Assembly: GCA_035295545.1 (NCBI GenBank)
Contig: DATGIT010000004.1
Coordinates: forward strand, 90,217 to 154,216
Source: Candidatus Binataceae bacterium
GTDB taxonomy: Bacteria; Desulfobacterota; Binatia; Binatales; Binataceae
Length of the DNA: 64,000 bases
Direction of reading: 5' to 3'
Shown here: one piece after another, positions 44,176 through 55,185 of the stretch
How positions within the stretch are numbered: the first letter of the stretch is position 1
How the letters are laid out: each line of letters opens with the position of its first letter
Notes under the pieces: model-generated
The model's database searches: none
Told to the model about the DNA's origin: nothing
What the model saw: only the letters and a program-made list of their open reading frames with translations
Made by a program: the position numbers and the translations under genes

Positions 44176-47112
44176 TCACTCGTGCTCGGGCACGAGCATC
44201 GCGACCGGCATGAGCGCGAACACCTCGCTCATCGAAAGCCGCGCTGCATCGCACTCGCGTCGCGTTTCGATCGTCCGGCCGCTGAACAGATCGCGGAAGC
44301 GGCGGGAATCCGATCCTTCGGGCAGTTCGAGCCACGTTCCGGACCATGCCGTCGCCGGCGGAAATGAGTCGAGATGGCTTTGCAGGCCGAAGAAAAGCCG
44401 GCCAGTCGCAACTATGACGATCCGGTTCTCCGATCGTCGGGCAAAACCAATCACGTTGCGCGCCCGCTCTCCGGTCGCGTCGAGCGGAAGATACTCGCCC
44501 ACCTCGAACAGGGTGCGATGAGCGCGCCGGTATCGCAGCGCGCGATGCGTGACGTACATTTTGATGCGTCCGTCTTCGGCGCAATCGAGGAGATCTTCAA
44601 TCAGCCGCGCTCGATCGCCGTCCGCCTGCCGGATCAGCCGATCGAGCATCGCCGCACGCAGCGCGAAATCCACCGGTCTTCGATTATCCGGGTCGACAAG
44701 GTTGTAATCCCATAATTCGCTGCCTTGATAAAAGTCGGGGACGCCCGGCGCAGCGATCTTTATCAGCGTCTGCGACAGCGAATTGAGCATCGCGGCAATC
44801 GCGATGGGCCGGCGGAATTCAACGAAGTCGGCCAGAAAGCGATTATGCGCATCGCGCGCCAGCGCGTTCCGCACAAAATTGTCGAGCGCCTGGTCGTGAG
44901 CCGCGTTGGGGCTGATCCAGCTCGTGCGCAGCTTGGCCTCCTTCGCCGCCTTGAACATGTAGTCGCGGACGCGCTCGACGAAATCGGCATGCTGCCCGTT
45001 GCTCATGCCGCACATGGGCCACGCGCCCACCAGCGTCTGGTAGAAGAAGTATTCCTCGTTGCCGTCCGGAGCGCAGCTGCCGTTCCATTGCGAGATCAGC
45101 GCAGCGTTGAGGCTGTGCCATCGCCGCACCGCCCGTTCCCACTTCTGCGGAATCTCGGACAGAACGTTGATGCGCGCGCGCACGTCCTCTCCGCGCTTGG
45201 TGTCGTGGGTCGAGGTGGCCGACAAGCCGTGCGGCCAGTCGCGCAGCCGGCGCGTGTTGCGCGCATGAAACGCATCGATCTCGATCCCGAACGACATCGG
45301 GTCGCCGCCAACTTCGTTGAGCGAGGCCAGCGGGTGGACGCGATAGATCGCGGTGTCCTCGAAGCCCTTCGCCATCACCGGGCTGGTGAGCTGCTGAAAG
45401 CGCAGGCTGAAATCGAGCCGCTCGCCGAGCGCGGCATCGTCAATCCCCTCGGGATGGTCGAGCAGGAGCACCGAGGCGAGAAAGTCGAACGGCGACTCGC
45501 TGAGCGCGGCGTTGCGTCGTTTGGCGGCGTTGATCGCGGCTAGCACCCAGCGGCGATCCTCGCCGCTGACCGCGGCATCGCTGCTCACGTACGATCGATA
45601 TACGGGAAAGCACGCGATGACCTCGGCGAGCACGCGGCCAAGGCTGTTCAGCGTGAAATCGCGCGACCATCGATGCTGCTCCGAGATGCGGTCGAGCCTG
45701 CGCGCCAGCACGTTTTGCTCGCCGGACATCAGCGCGCGCAGCACCAGCTTCTTGCAATCGTAAACCACGTCGGCAAAGTCGCGTCGCTGACGGCCGAAAC
45801 GCTGGTAAAATTCCATCAGCGCCTCGCCGCCCGCACGGTCCACGAACAACGCGTTGAGGTCGTTGAGAAATTCGTATCCGGTGGTGCCGTGCACCGACCA
45901 ATCCGTCCGCAACGGCTCGTCGCGGCCGAGAATCTTTTCCACCACGATATAAAAAGGCCGGACCACGGCAGGAACGCGGCCCGCCCCGCCCGCTTCGGCG
46001 CGCGGCGCGTCGTCGATTTCCTGCGCGGGACGTGCCAGCAGACATTCCTGTTGCAGGGTCCGCAGGTATTGGACCGGATCGCGCAGCCCATCGACGTGGT
46101 CGATACGCAGTCCGCCGATCAACCCCTCGCGCACCAGATCCAGGATGAGTTCGTGCGCCGCGCGAAAAACCTCTGGCTGCTCGACGCGAATCGCGGCAAG
46201 GTCATTGACGTCAAAGAAACGTCGATAGTTGATTTCATCCGCGGCGACATGCCAGAAGCTCAGCCGATAGGCCTGATCGTCCAGCAGCTGCTCGAGGCGA
46301 TCGAAGCTGCGCGGCTCACCCCGCCTGCCGTTGAGTTCGCCGATCGAGGTCTCCACCGCGCTCCGCACCTCGGCGCTCGATTCGACCAGCGCCGACAGCC
46401 GCTCGCGCGCGATGAGTTTTTCGCGCTGGCGCTCGCGCACCTTCTCGGCGTCCGTTTCCGTCCGCAGCGGAAGATGATTGAGCGCCGTGATGATGCTGGC
46501 CAACTCCAGCGCTTCGCGGCTCGTTTCGCCAAGCCGCGCGGTCAATCGGGTCAACGCCGGCTCAAGGATCGCGGTGCTGGAGCGCGGGGCGAGAGGAAAA
46601 ATCTGAGTGCCATACCGCACCTGGAAAGAGCCGTCGCGGTAAGCGACCACGATGCGACCGTTCTCGAGCGCCTGCCCGAACTGCTCGCCGAGAACCGGCA
46701 GAAGGACCTTATTTGCGAGGTCCGCTTTGGGCGGTCTCCAGTCGATATCGAAAAAGGCGGCAAACGGCGAGCTGGGCCCGTTTTCGAGCACGTCGAACCA
46801 CCACTTGTTCGACGGGTCGGCGATGCACATGTGGTTTACGACGATATCGACGATAGTGCCGAGACCGTGTTCCCGCGCAGCGTGCGCGAAAGTGCGAAAT
46901 CCCTCGCGCCCGCCGATCTCCGGATTGAGCGACTGGAAGTCGGTAACGTCGTAACCGTGATTGCTGCCCGCGCGCGCCTGCGTCAGCGGCGAGACGTAAC
47001 AATCGCTGATACCGAGTCGGCCCAGATATCCGACGATCGCCGCGGCGTCATGGAGCGTGAAATCGCGGTTAAGCTGGAGCCGGTAGGTGGCCGAAGGGAT
47101 GCGCGTGTTCAC
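44176..47112 (-). CDS. treY: Malto-oligosyltrehalose synthase (GH13)
   Basis: [47 protein letters not shown].., [16 protein letters not shown] chose GTG 47112 so that the product begins [13 protein letters not shown], as TreY proteins do. GTG 47223 is the alternative. Confidence 0.85.
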   Translation of the reverse strand: MNTRIPSATYRLQLNRDFTLHDAAAIVGYLGRLGISDCYVSPLTQARAGSNHGYDVTDFQSLNPEIGGREGFRTFAHAAREHGLGTIVDIVVNHMCIADPSNKWWFDVLENGPSSPFAAFFDIDWRPPKADLANKVLLPVLGEQFGQALENGRIVVAYRDGSFQVRYGTQIFPLAPRSSTAILEPALTRLTARLGETSREALELASIITALNHLPLRTETDAEKVRERQREKLIARERLSALVESSAEVRSAVETSIGELNGRRGEPRSFDRLEQLLDDQAYRLSFWHVAADEINYRRFFDVNDLAAIRVEQPEVFRAAHELILDLVREGLIGGLRIDHVDGLRDPVQYLRTLQQECLLARPAQEIDDAPRAEAGGAGRVPAVVRPFYIVVEKILGRDEPLRTDWSVHGTTGYEFLNDLNALFVDRAGGEALMEFYQRFGRQRRDFADVVYDCKKLVLRALMSGEQNVLARRLDRISEQHRWSRDFTLNSLGRVLAEVIACFPVYRSYVSSDAAVSGEDRRWVLAAINAAKRRNAALSESPFDFLASVLLLDHPEGIDDAALGERLDFSLRFQQLTSPVMAKGFEDTAIYRVHPLASLNEVGGDPMSFGIEIDAFHARNTRRLRDWPHGLSATSTHDTKRGEDVRARINVLSEIPQKWERAVRRWHSLNAALISQWNGSCAPDGNEEYFFYQTLVGAWPMCGMSNGQHADFVERVRDYMFKAAKEAKLRTSWISPNAAHDQALDNFVRNALARDAHNRFLADFVEFRRPIAIAAMLNSLSQTLIKIAAPGVPDFYQGSELWDYNLVDPDNRRPVDFALRAAMLDRLIRQADGDRARLIEDLLDCAEDGRIKMYVTHRALRYRRAHRTLFEVGEYLPLDATGERARNVIGFARRSENRIVIVATGRLFFGLQSHLDSFPPATAWSGTWLELPEGSDSRRFRDLFSGRTIETRRECDAARLSMSEVFALMPVAMLVPEHE

Positions 47113-47197
47113 GGGCGGGCCCGGACCTGCGCACGATGATGCGCAAGCGCGCGATTGCGTCGGTTCCGGGACGTGTAGATGAAGTGCACCGCGCGGT

Positions 47198-47428
47198 TCA
47201 TCCGCGATTGCCGGACGCCACACCCGCGGCCACCAGGCCTCCGCCGACGACTATCGCGACGATGCTCGCAGCGGTCGGGATCACGTGCAGCACATTTTCG
47301 CGATGCTGAACAGTTACGCTGCCAATCTTCGCGACCTGCTGAGTATGGCTGGTCCAGAAGGCCGGAAACACGAGGCTGGCTACACCCAGGATAGCCAGCA
47401 AAACGCCAATCGTGACAAGCGCCTTCAT
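47198..47428 (-). CDS. Small two-TM membrane protein (hypothetical)
   Basis: 76 aa. [24 protein letters not shown] and [18 protein letters not shown] are hydrophobic helices. It lies directly upstream of treY on the same strand. Confidence 0.55.
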   Translation of the reverse strand: MKALVTIGVLLAILGVASLVFPAFWTSHTQQVAKIGSVTVQHRENVLHVIPTAASIVAIVVGGGLVAAGVASGNRG

Positions 47429-47501
47429 ATGATTCGCCTTTCCGATGGAGACAGCGGTCGAAGATTCAACAACCGACTATGCGCGCTGCTGATTCCCGCA
47501 A

Positions 47502-47517
47502 TGCGGATATTATGCCA
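47502..47517 (-). promoter_or_regulatory. Weak candidate sigma54 (-24/-12) promoter for the membrane-protein/treYZ operon
   Basis: The minus strand reads TGGCAT-AATAT-CCGCA. GG and GC are at exact spacing, but the TT of the -12 flank is replaced by CC. It lies 74 nt upstream of ATG 47428. Confidence 0.3.
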
Positions 47518-47770
47518 ATTCAGCCTCGGTCACGGCCGCTCAGTCAGATCGGCTGAATCAGCCCAAAATCTTCGTTTCTGCGTGCCTCATACGCTCGATC
47601 GGCGAATTTCAATCCCGGGCCCGATCCTACGCGATGTAAATATTGCCGCATGATGTGGAACTTCGTTGCGAACCGATGAAATATGCTCAATCAGGTCGAG
47701 CGGCAGGCCTGCAGTCATTTAGCGACACGCGTTGCGCCTTAGATTGCAGTTTTGTCCGCTGGCGACCGCA

Positions 47771-48856
47771 TCAGGCTCCGGGCCCCGCGACGCGAAGCTC
47801 ACGCCACAATCCGAGCTTCTCCTGCACCGGCCGATCGGAAAAACTGAACAGCACGGACTCGTCCGTGGATTCGTGGCGATACTCCCGCCAGCTCGGCACC
47901 ACGAAGACGTCGTGTTCGCGCCATTCGAACTTCTGTCCGGCAATGATTGTGCGGCCCGCCCCCTCGACCACGACAAACACGGCGCTATCGCTGGATCGGT
48001 ATGCCGCGCCGCCGAAAGCGCGCGGCAGAAGTTGGATCACGGCGCCGATCGTCGGCATGGCCCAACCGCCGGTCAGCGGATTGACATAGCGCATCCTGAA
48101 ACCGTGGCAGCCGTCGATGTCGCCATGCCGGCGCATCGCTTCCAACGCGTCGCGAGTGCGTTCATAGGGATAATTGAGGATCGGACTGCGCAGGTCGTCA
48201 TGCCTTCGCTCGATGGGCACCAGCCCATTGCCGAGCCGCGCCGCAGAATCGTCCACGGTCCTCGTCGGAAATTGCTCCTCGCGATAGTCCTCGAAAAACA
48301 CCGCGTTCAGCAGGTCAACCAGTGGAATATCGAGCCCGTCGAGCCAGATTGTCGGGTGACCGCTTTCGTTGCCGTGGTCGTGCCATGTCCAAGACGGTGT
48401 GATGACGAAATCGCCCGGCCGCATCCCGGTGCGGGCGCCATCCACGGCGGTGTAAGCGCCCTCGCCTTCAACGATAAACCGCAAGGCACTTTGCGTGTGC
48501 CGATGGCTGCGCGCGATCTCGCCGGGCATGATCATTTGAAAGCCGGCAAAGAGCGAATGCGTGACTCGCGGAGGCGGTTGTGCTGTGAATGCAGGATTCT
48601 GGAGGATCAATACGCGGCGCTCCGCCTCGGCGGCGGAAATGAGGCTGCCTGCTTCGATCAGCATCGGCCGGATCTCGCTGTATCGCCAGAGCACCGCCGA
48701 CTCCGGCGGCCTGGGCTCGGTCGGCTGAAGGCCCTTGAGCACCTCCCACAACGGGGCGAGGCCTCGCTCGGCAAGCCTGGCGTAAAACGCTTGACGCTCC
48801 GTCAACCTTCGCTGCTCGCTGGCCATCGTCGGCATCGCCTCCGCAGCCATAGACAT
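47771..48856 (-). CDS. Gentisate 1,2-dioxygenase (bicupin)
   Basis: 361 aa. LAPLWEVL, RRVLILQNP, GEIARSHRHTQSALRFIVEGEGAYTAVDG...PGDFVITPSWTWHDHGN is the gentisate dioxygenase pattern. Confidence 0.8.
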   Translation of the reverse strand: MSMAAEAMPTMASEQRRLTERQAFYARLAERGLAPLWEVLKGLQPTEPRPPESAVLWRYSEIRPMLIEAGSLISAAEAERRVLILQNPAFTAQPPPRVTHSLFAGFQMIMPGEIARSHRHTQSALRFIVEGEGAYTAVDGARTGMRPGDFVITPSWTWHDHGNESGHPTIWLDGLDIPLVDLLNAVFFEDYREEQFPTRTVDDSAARLGNGLVPIERRHDDLRSPILNYPYERTRDALEAMRRHGDIDGCHGFRMRYVNPLTGGWAMPTIGAVIQLLPRAFGGAAYRSSDSAVFVVVEGAGRTIIAGQKFEWREHDVFVVPSWREYRHESTDESVLFSFSDRPVQEKLGLWRELRVAGPGA

Positions 48857-49076
48857 AGTCCCGGTCGGACGCTAAGTCACCTCGAGGGAACGGCTGCCGT
48901 CCGACCCTGGTTTCGTTCAAGGCCGACCGGACTTCGCGCCCGCCGGTTGCGATCGGGCGGCGGCGGCGAGACTATAAATGCGGCCGCCGCGGCGCCTGCC
49001 GAAGCCGGAGCTGCCGCGCAGCGGTCAATCAATCCCGGGAAATCGTCAAAACGAATTTTGCGAGGAGCGCACGCTG

Positions 49077-50048
<972 letters not shown>

Positions 50049-50062
50049 AGGCTTCCAGCTCC

Positions 50063-50485
50063 ATGCGCTCTCACACCAGCTATCTGAGCCTGAACGTCCC
50101 CGAACGGATGGCCTTCGTGAACATCACCGAGCAAGTGCAGGAGGCGGTGCAGGAGAGCGGTGTGCGCGAGGGGCTGTGCCTCGTCAACGCGATGCACATC
50201 ACCGCGTCCGTGTTCATCAACGACGACGAACCTGGGCTGCACGAGGACTACGAGCGATGGCTCGAATGGCTCGCGCCCTACGACCCGGACCCTGAGCGCT
50301 ATCATCATAACCGGACCGGTGAGGATAACGGCGACGCGCATCATAAGCGCCAGGTAATGGGACGCGAGGTGGTGGTCGCGATCACCGCGGGCAGGCTCGA
50401 CTTCGGACCGTGGGAACGAATTTTCTACGGCGAGTTCGACGGGCGGCGCAGCAAACGCGTCCCGATCAAGGTTATTGGAGAATGA
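50063..50485 (+). CDS. yjbQ: YjbQ/UPF0047 family protein (secondary thiamine-phosphate synthase-like)
   Basis: 140 aa. [43 protein letters not shown] and [16 protein letters not shown] are YjbQ signatures. Confidence 0.85.
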   Translation: MRSHTSYLSLNVPERMAFVNITEQVQEAVQESGVREGLCLVNAMHITASVFINDDEPGLHEDYERWLEWLAPYDPDPERYHHNRTGEDNGDAHHKRQVMGREVVVAITAGRLDFGPWERIFYGEFDGRRSKRVPIKVIGE

Positions 50486-50661
50486 GCCCGCCGAAGGCGC
50501 AGCGCCTGGCGCGCAAGCGGCGGGAATATGCGGCTCGCCACGACGCCGGCGCATCGCTCTGCGCGCGGATCATCGTTGACCCTCGGCGTCTTGATACCTG
50601 AACCGCATCGTACTACACGCAGGATCGGACCCTCCGGCAAATCATCTCGAGGAGAAAATCC

Positions 50662-51039
50662 ATGGCCGTCGATTGTGAGAAAATTGTAAACGATCTTTTC
50701 GCCGCGTGGACCCGGCTCGATGCCGACGGGATCATGTCGTACTTCGCGGAAGACGCGGTTTGGGACAATGTCCCGATGCCCACGGCAAAGGGCAAACCGG
50801 CGATCCGCCAGATGATCGACGGTTTCATGAAGGACATGAGCGGCTTCAGCGTGAGAATCCTCAAGAGCCTGCACGACGGGAATACCGTCCTCGACGCGCG
50901 CATCGATACGATCGCGATGAAAAGCGGCAAACGCGCCGAGGTTCCCGTGGCCGGAATGTTCGAATTCGACGCTGCCGGCAGAATCAAGCTCTGGCGCGAC
51001 TACTTCGACCTCGGCACCTTCACCAGGCAAATCTCGTAG
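50662..51039 (+). CDS. Limonene-1,2-epoxide hydrolase-like (SnoaL/NTF2 fold)
   Basis: YFAEDAVWDNVPMPTAKGKPAI and KLWRDYFDLGTF parallel Rhodococcus LEH ([29 protein letters not shown]). GAGGAG SD upstream. Confidence 0.8.
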   Translation: MAVDCEKIVNDLFAAWTRLDADGIMSYFAEDAVWDNVPMPTAKGKPAIRQMIDGFMKDMSGFSVRILKSLHDGNTVLDARIDTIAMKSGKRAEVPVAGMFEFDAAGRIKLWRDYFDLGTFTRQIS

Positions 51040-51073
51040 CGGCGGCGCCCGCACCGTCGCAGAGGACAAACGA

Positions 51074-51994
51074 ATGGCGACCGGCAACGTACCCTGCGGT
51101 ATCGCGATCCCTCAGACCAGCAACCCGGTCGACGTCAAGCTCATTCGTGAGTTTCTCGCCCGCGCGGAACTCCTCGGTTACGAAAGCGCCTGGGTGCAGG
51201 AACAGATCCTGAGCGATTCGCCGATCCTCGAACCGGTCACGCTGCTGACCTATGCCTGCGCCCTGACCTCGAAGCTGCGGCTGGGTTCGGCGGTCCTGCT
51301 GACCGTAATTCGCAATCCGCTTCAGCTCGCCAAGAGCCTCGCTACTCTCGACCAGCTCAGCCAGGGACGACTGACAGTCGGAGTTGGAATCGGCGGCGCG
51401 CACGTCCCGGAAAGGGTGTTCGGTGTCTCCGGCGAACGGCGCTCGCGCCGGTTCGTGGAGGGCCTCGGCGTGATGAAGGCGCTGTGGACGCAGCCGCGCG
51501 CGTCCTTTTCGGGCGAGTTCTGGCAATTCGAAAATGTTCCGATGGAACCCAAGCCCGTGCAGAAGCCGCATCCGCCGCTGTGGTTCGGCGCCCGCGACGC
51601 GATCGCTCTGAAGCGCGCCGTGCGCCATGGGGACGGATGGATGGGCGCGGGGTCCTCGTCGTCGGCGGATTTCGTCAGGCAGGCGGGCGAGGTCAGGCAT
51701 TTTCTCGAGGACGCTGGGCGCGACCCGGCAACTTTCGCCGTTTCGAAGCGCGTCTATGTGGCGGTCGATCGCGACCGCGGCCGCGCTGAGCAACGTCTTC
51801 GCGAATGGTTCGGGGTGCGTTACAAAAACGTCGACATGGCGGCGCGGGTCTCGATCTGGGGTAGTGCGGGAGAGTGTCTCGACAAACTGGGCGAGCTGGT
51901 CAATGCCGGCGCGCAGCATCTCATGCTCAACCCGGTGTTCGATGAAATCGAGCAGATGGAGTTGATGGCTGCCGAAATAATCCCGCGGCTTTAA
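51074..51994 (+). CDS. LLM class oxidoreductase, probably F420-dependent
   Basis: 306 aa. GYESAWVQEQ, LRLGSAVLLTVIRNPLQLAKSLATLDQLSQGRLTVGVGIGG and HPPLWFG. Confidence 0.8.
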   Translation: MATGNVPCGIAIPQTSNPVDVKLIREFLARAELLGYESAWVQEQILSDSPILEPVTLLTYACALTSKLRLGSAVLLTVIRNPLQLAKSLATLDQLSQGRLTVGVGIGGAHVPERVFGVSGERRSRRFVEGLGVMKALWTQPRASFSGEFWQFENVPMEPKPVQKPHPPLWFGARDAIALKRAVRHGDGWMGAGSSSSADFVRQAGEVRHFLEDAGRDPATFAVSKRVYVAVDRDRGRAEQRLREWFGVRYKNVDMAARVSIWGSAGECLDKLGELVNAGAQHLMLNPVFDEIEQMELMAAEIIPRL

Positions 51995-52015
51995 GCGGCC
52001 CGCCTCGCGTTGCGG

Positions 52016-54487
52016 TCACTGGCCGCCGTTGGCCGCCGTCTCGAGATGCCAGATGTCGCGGGCATATTCGGTCACCGTGCGGTCGCTCGAAAACCTGCCG
52101 ATACGCGCGACGTTGAGAATGGATTTCCGGATCCAGGTCGGAGGGTCGACGAATTCGTCCGCTATCCGTTGCTGTGTATCGACGTAAGACCCGAAGTCCG
52201 CCACCACGAAATAGTCGTCCTGCTCCAGCAACGTATCCGCTATCCAGTTGAAAAGCCCCGGTTCGCGCGGGCAGAAAAGATCCGAACTGAGCGCATCGAG
52301 CACGCGCTTGAGGCGGGGCTGGCCGTGATAACATTCGCGCGGACTGTAGGACTGTTCGCGCCGCAAGCGGGCAATGGCCGGCGCGGTCAGGCCGAATATG
52401 AATATGTTCTCCTCGCCCACTTCCTCGCCGATTTCGATATTGGCGCCGTCCAGCGTGCCGATGGTCAGCGCGCCATTCATCGCAAATTTCATGTTTCCGG
52501 TCCCCGACGCCTCGGTGCCCGCGGTTGAGATCTGCTCGGAAACGTCGGCCGCGGGAATGATCTTCTGCGCCAGCGAAACCCGATAATCGGGGACGAACAC
52601 GACCTTGAGCAGGCCGCGCGTGCGCGCGTCGTTGTTGATCACAGCGCCGACGTTGTTGATCAGCTTGACGATCGCCTTGGCCGCGCGATAACCGGGAGCC
52701 GCCTTGCCGGCGAAAAGATAGGTGCGCGGCGCCGGCGGCTCGACGCCGTCCTCTACCAGGTGCAGGTACTGATGCACGATGCCGAGGACCATCAGCAGCT
52801 GCCGCTTGTACTCGTGAATACGCTTGGCCTGGACGTCGAGAATTGAGGCGGGATCGATATCGATCGCCGCGATGCGGTGCACGATGGTCGCGAGCCGCTC
52901 CTTGTTGGCGCGCTTCACCGCGGCGAAGCGCCGCTGAAATTCCTCGTCCTCGGCGAACCGCTCGAGTTCGCGCGTGCGTTCGAGAGCCACCCGCCACGCA
53001 TCACCGATCGTGTCGTCGAGCAGTCGCGCCAGCCCCGGATTCGCCATCAGCAGCCAGCGCCGCTGGGTGACGCCGTTGGTCTTGTTGCTGAAGCATTGCG
53101 GGCGCAGCGAGTACAACTCGGGCACCAGCTCGGTCTTGACCAGTTCCGAGTGCAGCTTGGAGACTCCGTTCACCGAATGGCTGCCGACAATCGCCAGATG
53201 CGCCATCCGCACCTGCGGCTCAGCGCCCTCTTCGACGATGGCGATCTTGCGGCTTTCGCCGCTGCCGTGGCCCGAGATGGAAACCGCCTCGGCCAGAAAG
53301 CGGCGATCGATTTCGTAGATGATTTCCAGATGACGCGGCACCAGACGGCGCATCAACTCGACCGGCCAGCGCTCGAGCGCTTCGGGCATCAAAGTGTGGT
53401 TGGTGTACGCCACCGTCGCGCGGGTTATTTCCCACGCCTTGTCCCAGGGCAGTTCGTGCTGATCCACGAACATCCGCATCAGCTCGGCGATGGCGAGCGC
53501 GGGATGCGTGTCGTTGAGCTGAATCGCGACCTTGAGCGGGAAATCATGGATATGCTCGCCGCGTGAGAAGAAGCGCTTGCTGATATCGCGGATCGCGCAG
53601 GCCACGAAGAAATACTCCTGCAGCAGCCGCAGCTCGCGGCCCGAGCGCGCCTGATCCGACGGGTAGAGCACTTTCGAGATGGTCTCGGAGAGCAGTTTCT
53701 GCTCGACCGCCTTGACGTAATCTCCCGAGTTGAAAATATGGATGTCGAATTCGTCCGAAGCGCCCGCGGCGAACAGCCGCACGTGGTTCACGGTCTGGCT
53801 GTTGAATCCGGTGATCGGCAGGTCGGAAGGAATGCCGACGATGACGCGGTAGTCCGTCCATCGCGGCCGGTACTCGCCATAGCGATCGACTCCCGGCTCG
53901 ATACGGCCATAGATCGGGATGACGCAGGCTTCTTCGTGCCGCGCGACCAGCCACGGTGACGTTTCGCGCCGCCAGCTGTCGGGCCGCTCGACCTGGTAGC
54001 CGTCAACGATCTGCTGGCGGAACAGTCCGAACTCGTAGTTGATGCCGTAGGCATAACCCGGCATCCCGAGCGTCGCCAGCGAATCCAGGAAGCAAGCCGC
54101 CAATCTGCCCAGGCCGCCGTTGCCCAGCCCGGCATCCATCTCTTCCTCGAAAAGCTGCCGCAGCTCGATCCCGTTTTGCGCCAGGTACTCGCGGCACGCG
54201 TCGTAGAGCCCCAGATTGAAGAGATTGTTTTCGAGCGAGCGCCCGATCAGGTATTCAAGCGAAAGATAGTAGAGCTTTTTCGCCCCCAGCCGCTCGAAAC
54301 GTGCCTGTGTCGCGACCATCTTATCGACCAGCATGTCTCGCACGGCGAGTGCGATGACCTGGTACCAGTCGTGCCGCGAAAACTGCGCGCGCCGCTTGGC
54401 CACGCTGAAGCGCATGTGATGCGCGATCAAATCCGCGAATTCAGCGAATGTGCCGCGGTCGTCAGTCGAAAGAATCGTCGTAGCCAT
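52016..54487 (-). CDS. glgP: Glycogen/maltodextrin phosphorylase (GT35)
   Basis: ATG 54487 (an upstream TTG at 54544 is possible). LGNGGLGRLAACFLDS and the pyridoxal-phosphate site EASGTGNMKFAMNGALTIGTLDGANIEI. Confidence 0.9.
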   Translation of the reverse strand: MATTILSTDDRGTFAEFADLIAHHMRFSVAKRRAQFSRHDWYQVIALAVRDMLVDKMVATQARFERLGAKKLYYLSLEYLIGRSLENNLFNLGLYDACREYLAQNGIELRQLFEEEMDAGLGNGGLGRLAACFLDSLATLGMPGYAYGINYEFGLFRQQIVDGYQVERPDSWRRETSPWLVARHEEACVIPIYGRIEPGVDRYGEYRPRWTDYRVIVGIPSDLPITGFNSQTVNHVRLFAAGASDEFDIHIFNSGDYVKAVEQKLLSETISKVLYPSDQARSGRELRLLQEYFFVACAIRDISKRFFSRGEHIHDFPLKVAIQLNDTHPALAIAELMRMFVDQHELPWDKAWEITRATVAYTNHTLMPEALERWPVELMRRLVPRHLEIIYEIDRRFLAEAVSISGHGSGESRKIAIVEEGAEPQVRMAHLAIVGSHSVNGVSKLHSELVKTELVPELYSLRPQCFSNKTNGVTQRRWLLMANPGLARLLDDTIGDAWRVALERTRELERFAEDEEFQRRFAAVKRANKERLATIVHRIAAIDIDPASILDVQAKRIHEYKRQLLMVLGIVHQYLHLVEDGVEPPAPRTYLFAGKAAPGYRAAKAIVKLINNVGAVINNDARTRGLLKVVFVPDYRVSLAQKIIPAADVSEQISTAGTEASGTGNMKFAMNGALTIGTLDGANIEIGEEVGEENIFIFGLTAPAIARLRREQSYSPRECYHGQPRLKRVLDALSSDLFCPREPGLFNWIADTLLEQDDYFVVADFGSYVDTQQRIADEFVDPPTWIRKSILNVARIGRFSSDRTVTEYARDIWHLETAANGGQ

Positions 54488-55185
54488 GTCCTGTGCGCTG
54501 AGCCAGGCCCCGCCGCCTTGCGGGCGAAGAGCAGGCTTCAGCAAACGCTATGCCCTCAACTTGCCCGTGATCAATAATTTCAGCCGCGGCGGACGATTGA
54601 TTTTCCACACACGTGAAACGAAATCGATCGTGCTGCTCAGTTGGCGCGCAGCCTCTGCTATCGCAATAGGCACCGCTCTCTGCTTCGGCGGCGTGCGATC
54701 CACAATATCAGGAGCGGGACCGCGGATTGAGGTCAGCGCCTATCACTCGATCAATGCCCGGCGGTCAATGTCTCGCCGGATACTCATCTCCGGCATACTC
54801 ATCGCCCGCGCGATGGACAGGACGCCCCGCACGCTTGAGTTCCGCAAGCTGTTCGCAGGTCATCGCGTACGAAGCACTGGAAATCGCCGATGGATGGCTT
54901 CTTCTCCGTGGATCAGGCCGGTTCACATACGGGACATTCCCTCGCACGCAGCCGTCCGAATGAGTCTCGCCGACAATGCGCGCGCGTGGTTCGATCAACC
55001 GGTCTTTTGCCCGCGCGCCGAATCGTGATAAGCGTCGGGGAGGAGCGTCAGGGGTCCGACTTGCACGCGGCGGGCGCAGGCAAAGCGCGGGTGGACGCGG
55101 CGAGATCGGCGGGACGGAAAATGTCATCCTCCCGGGGCGGACCTTCCTGCGCGCGCAGCGTCAACGGCGAGGTGAGGTGAACCCC

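Noticed and set aside
42257-44584. Full 775-aa version of the treZ ORF, and likewise the 47223 start of treY
   Set aside because: The N-terminal 144 codons are Arg-rich and overlap the treY 3' end by more than 400 nt. ATG 44152 has a good SD and matches the usual TreZ N-terminus.
50482-50601. 39-codon basic ORF whose ATG overlaps the yjbQ stop (ATGA)
   Set aside because: The SD is only 1-2 nt from the ATG, and the peptide has no recognisable features. It is probably fortuitous.
55050-55065. AGGGGTCCGACTTGCA as a sigma54 promoter for the LLM gene
   Set aside because: Only GG and TTGCA match. The -24 flank (CAC) is absent, and it lies 121 nt from the start codon. I keep it only as a remark, not as a feature.
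54765-55127. 120-codon minus-strand ORF in the glgP/LLM spacer
   Set aside because: The composition is Pro/Arg-rich, with no SD or recognisable domain. The repeated GDEY segment is a short DNA duplication.
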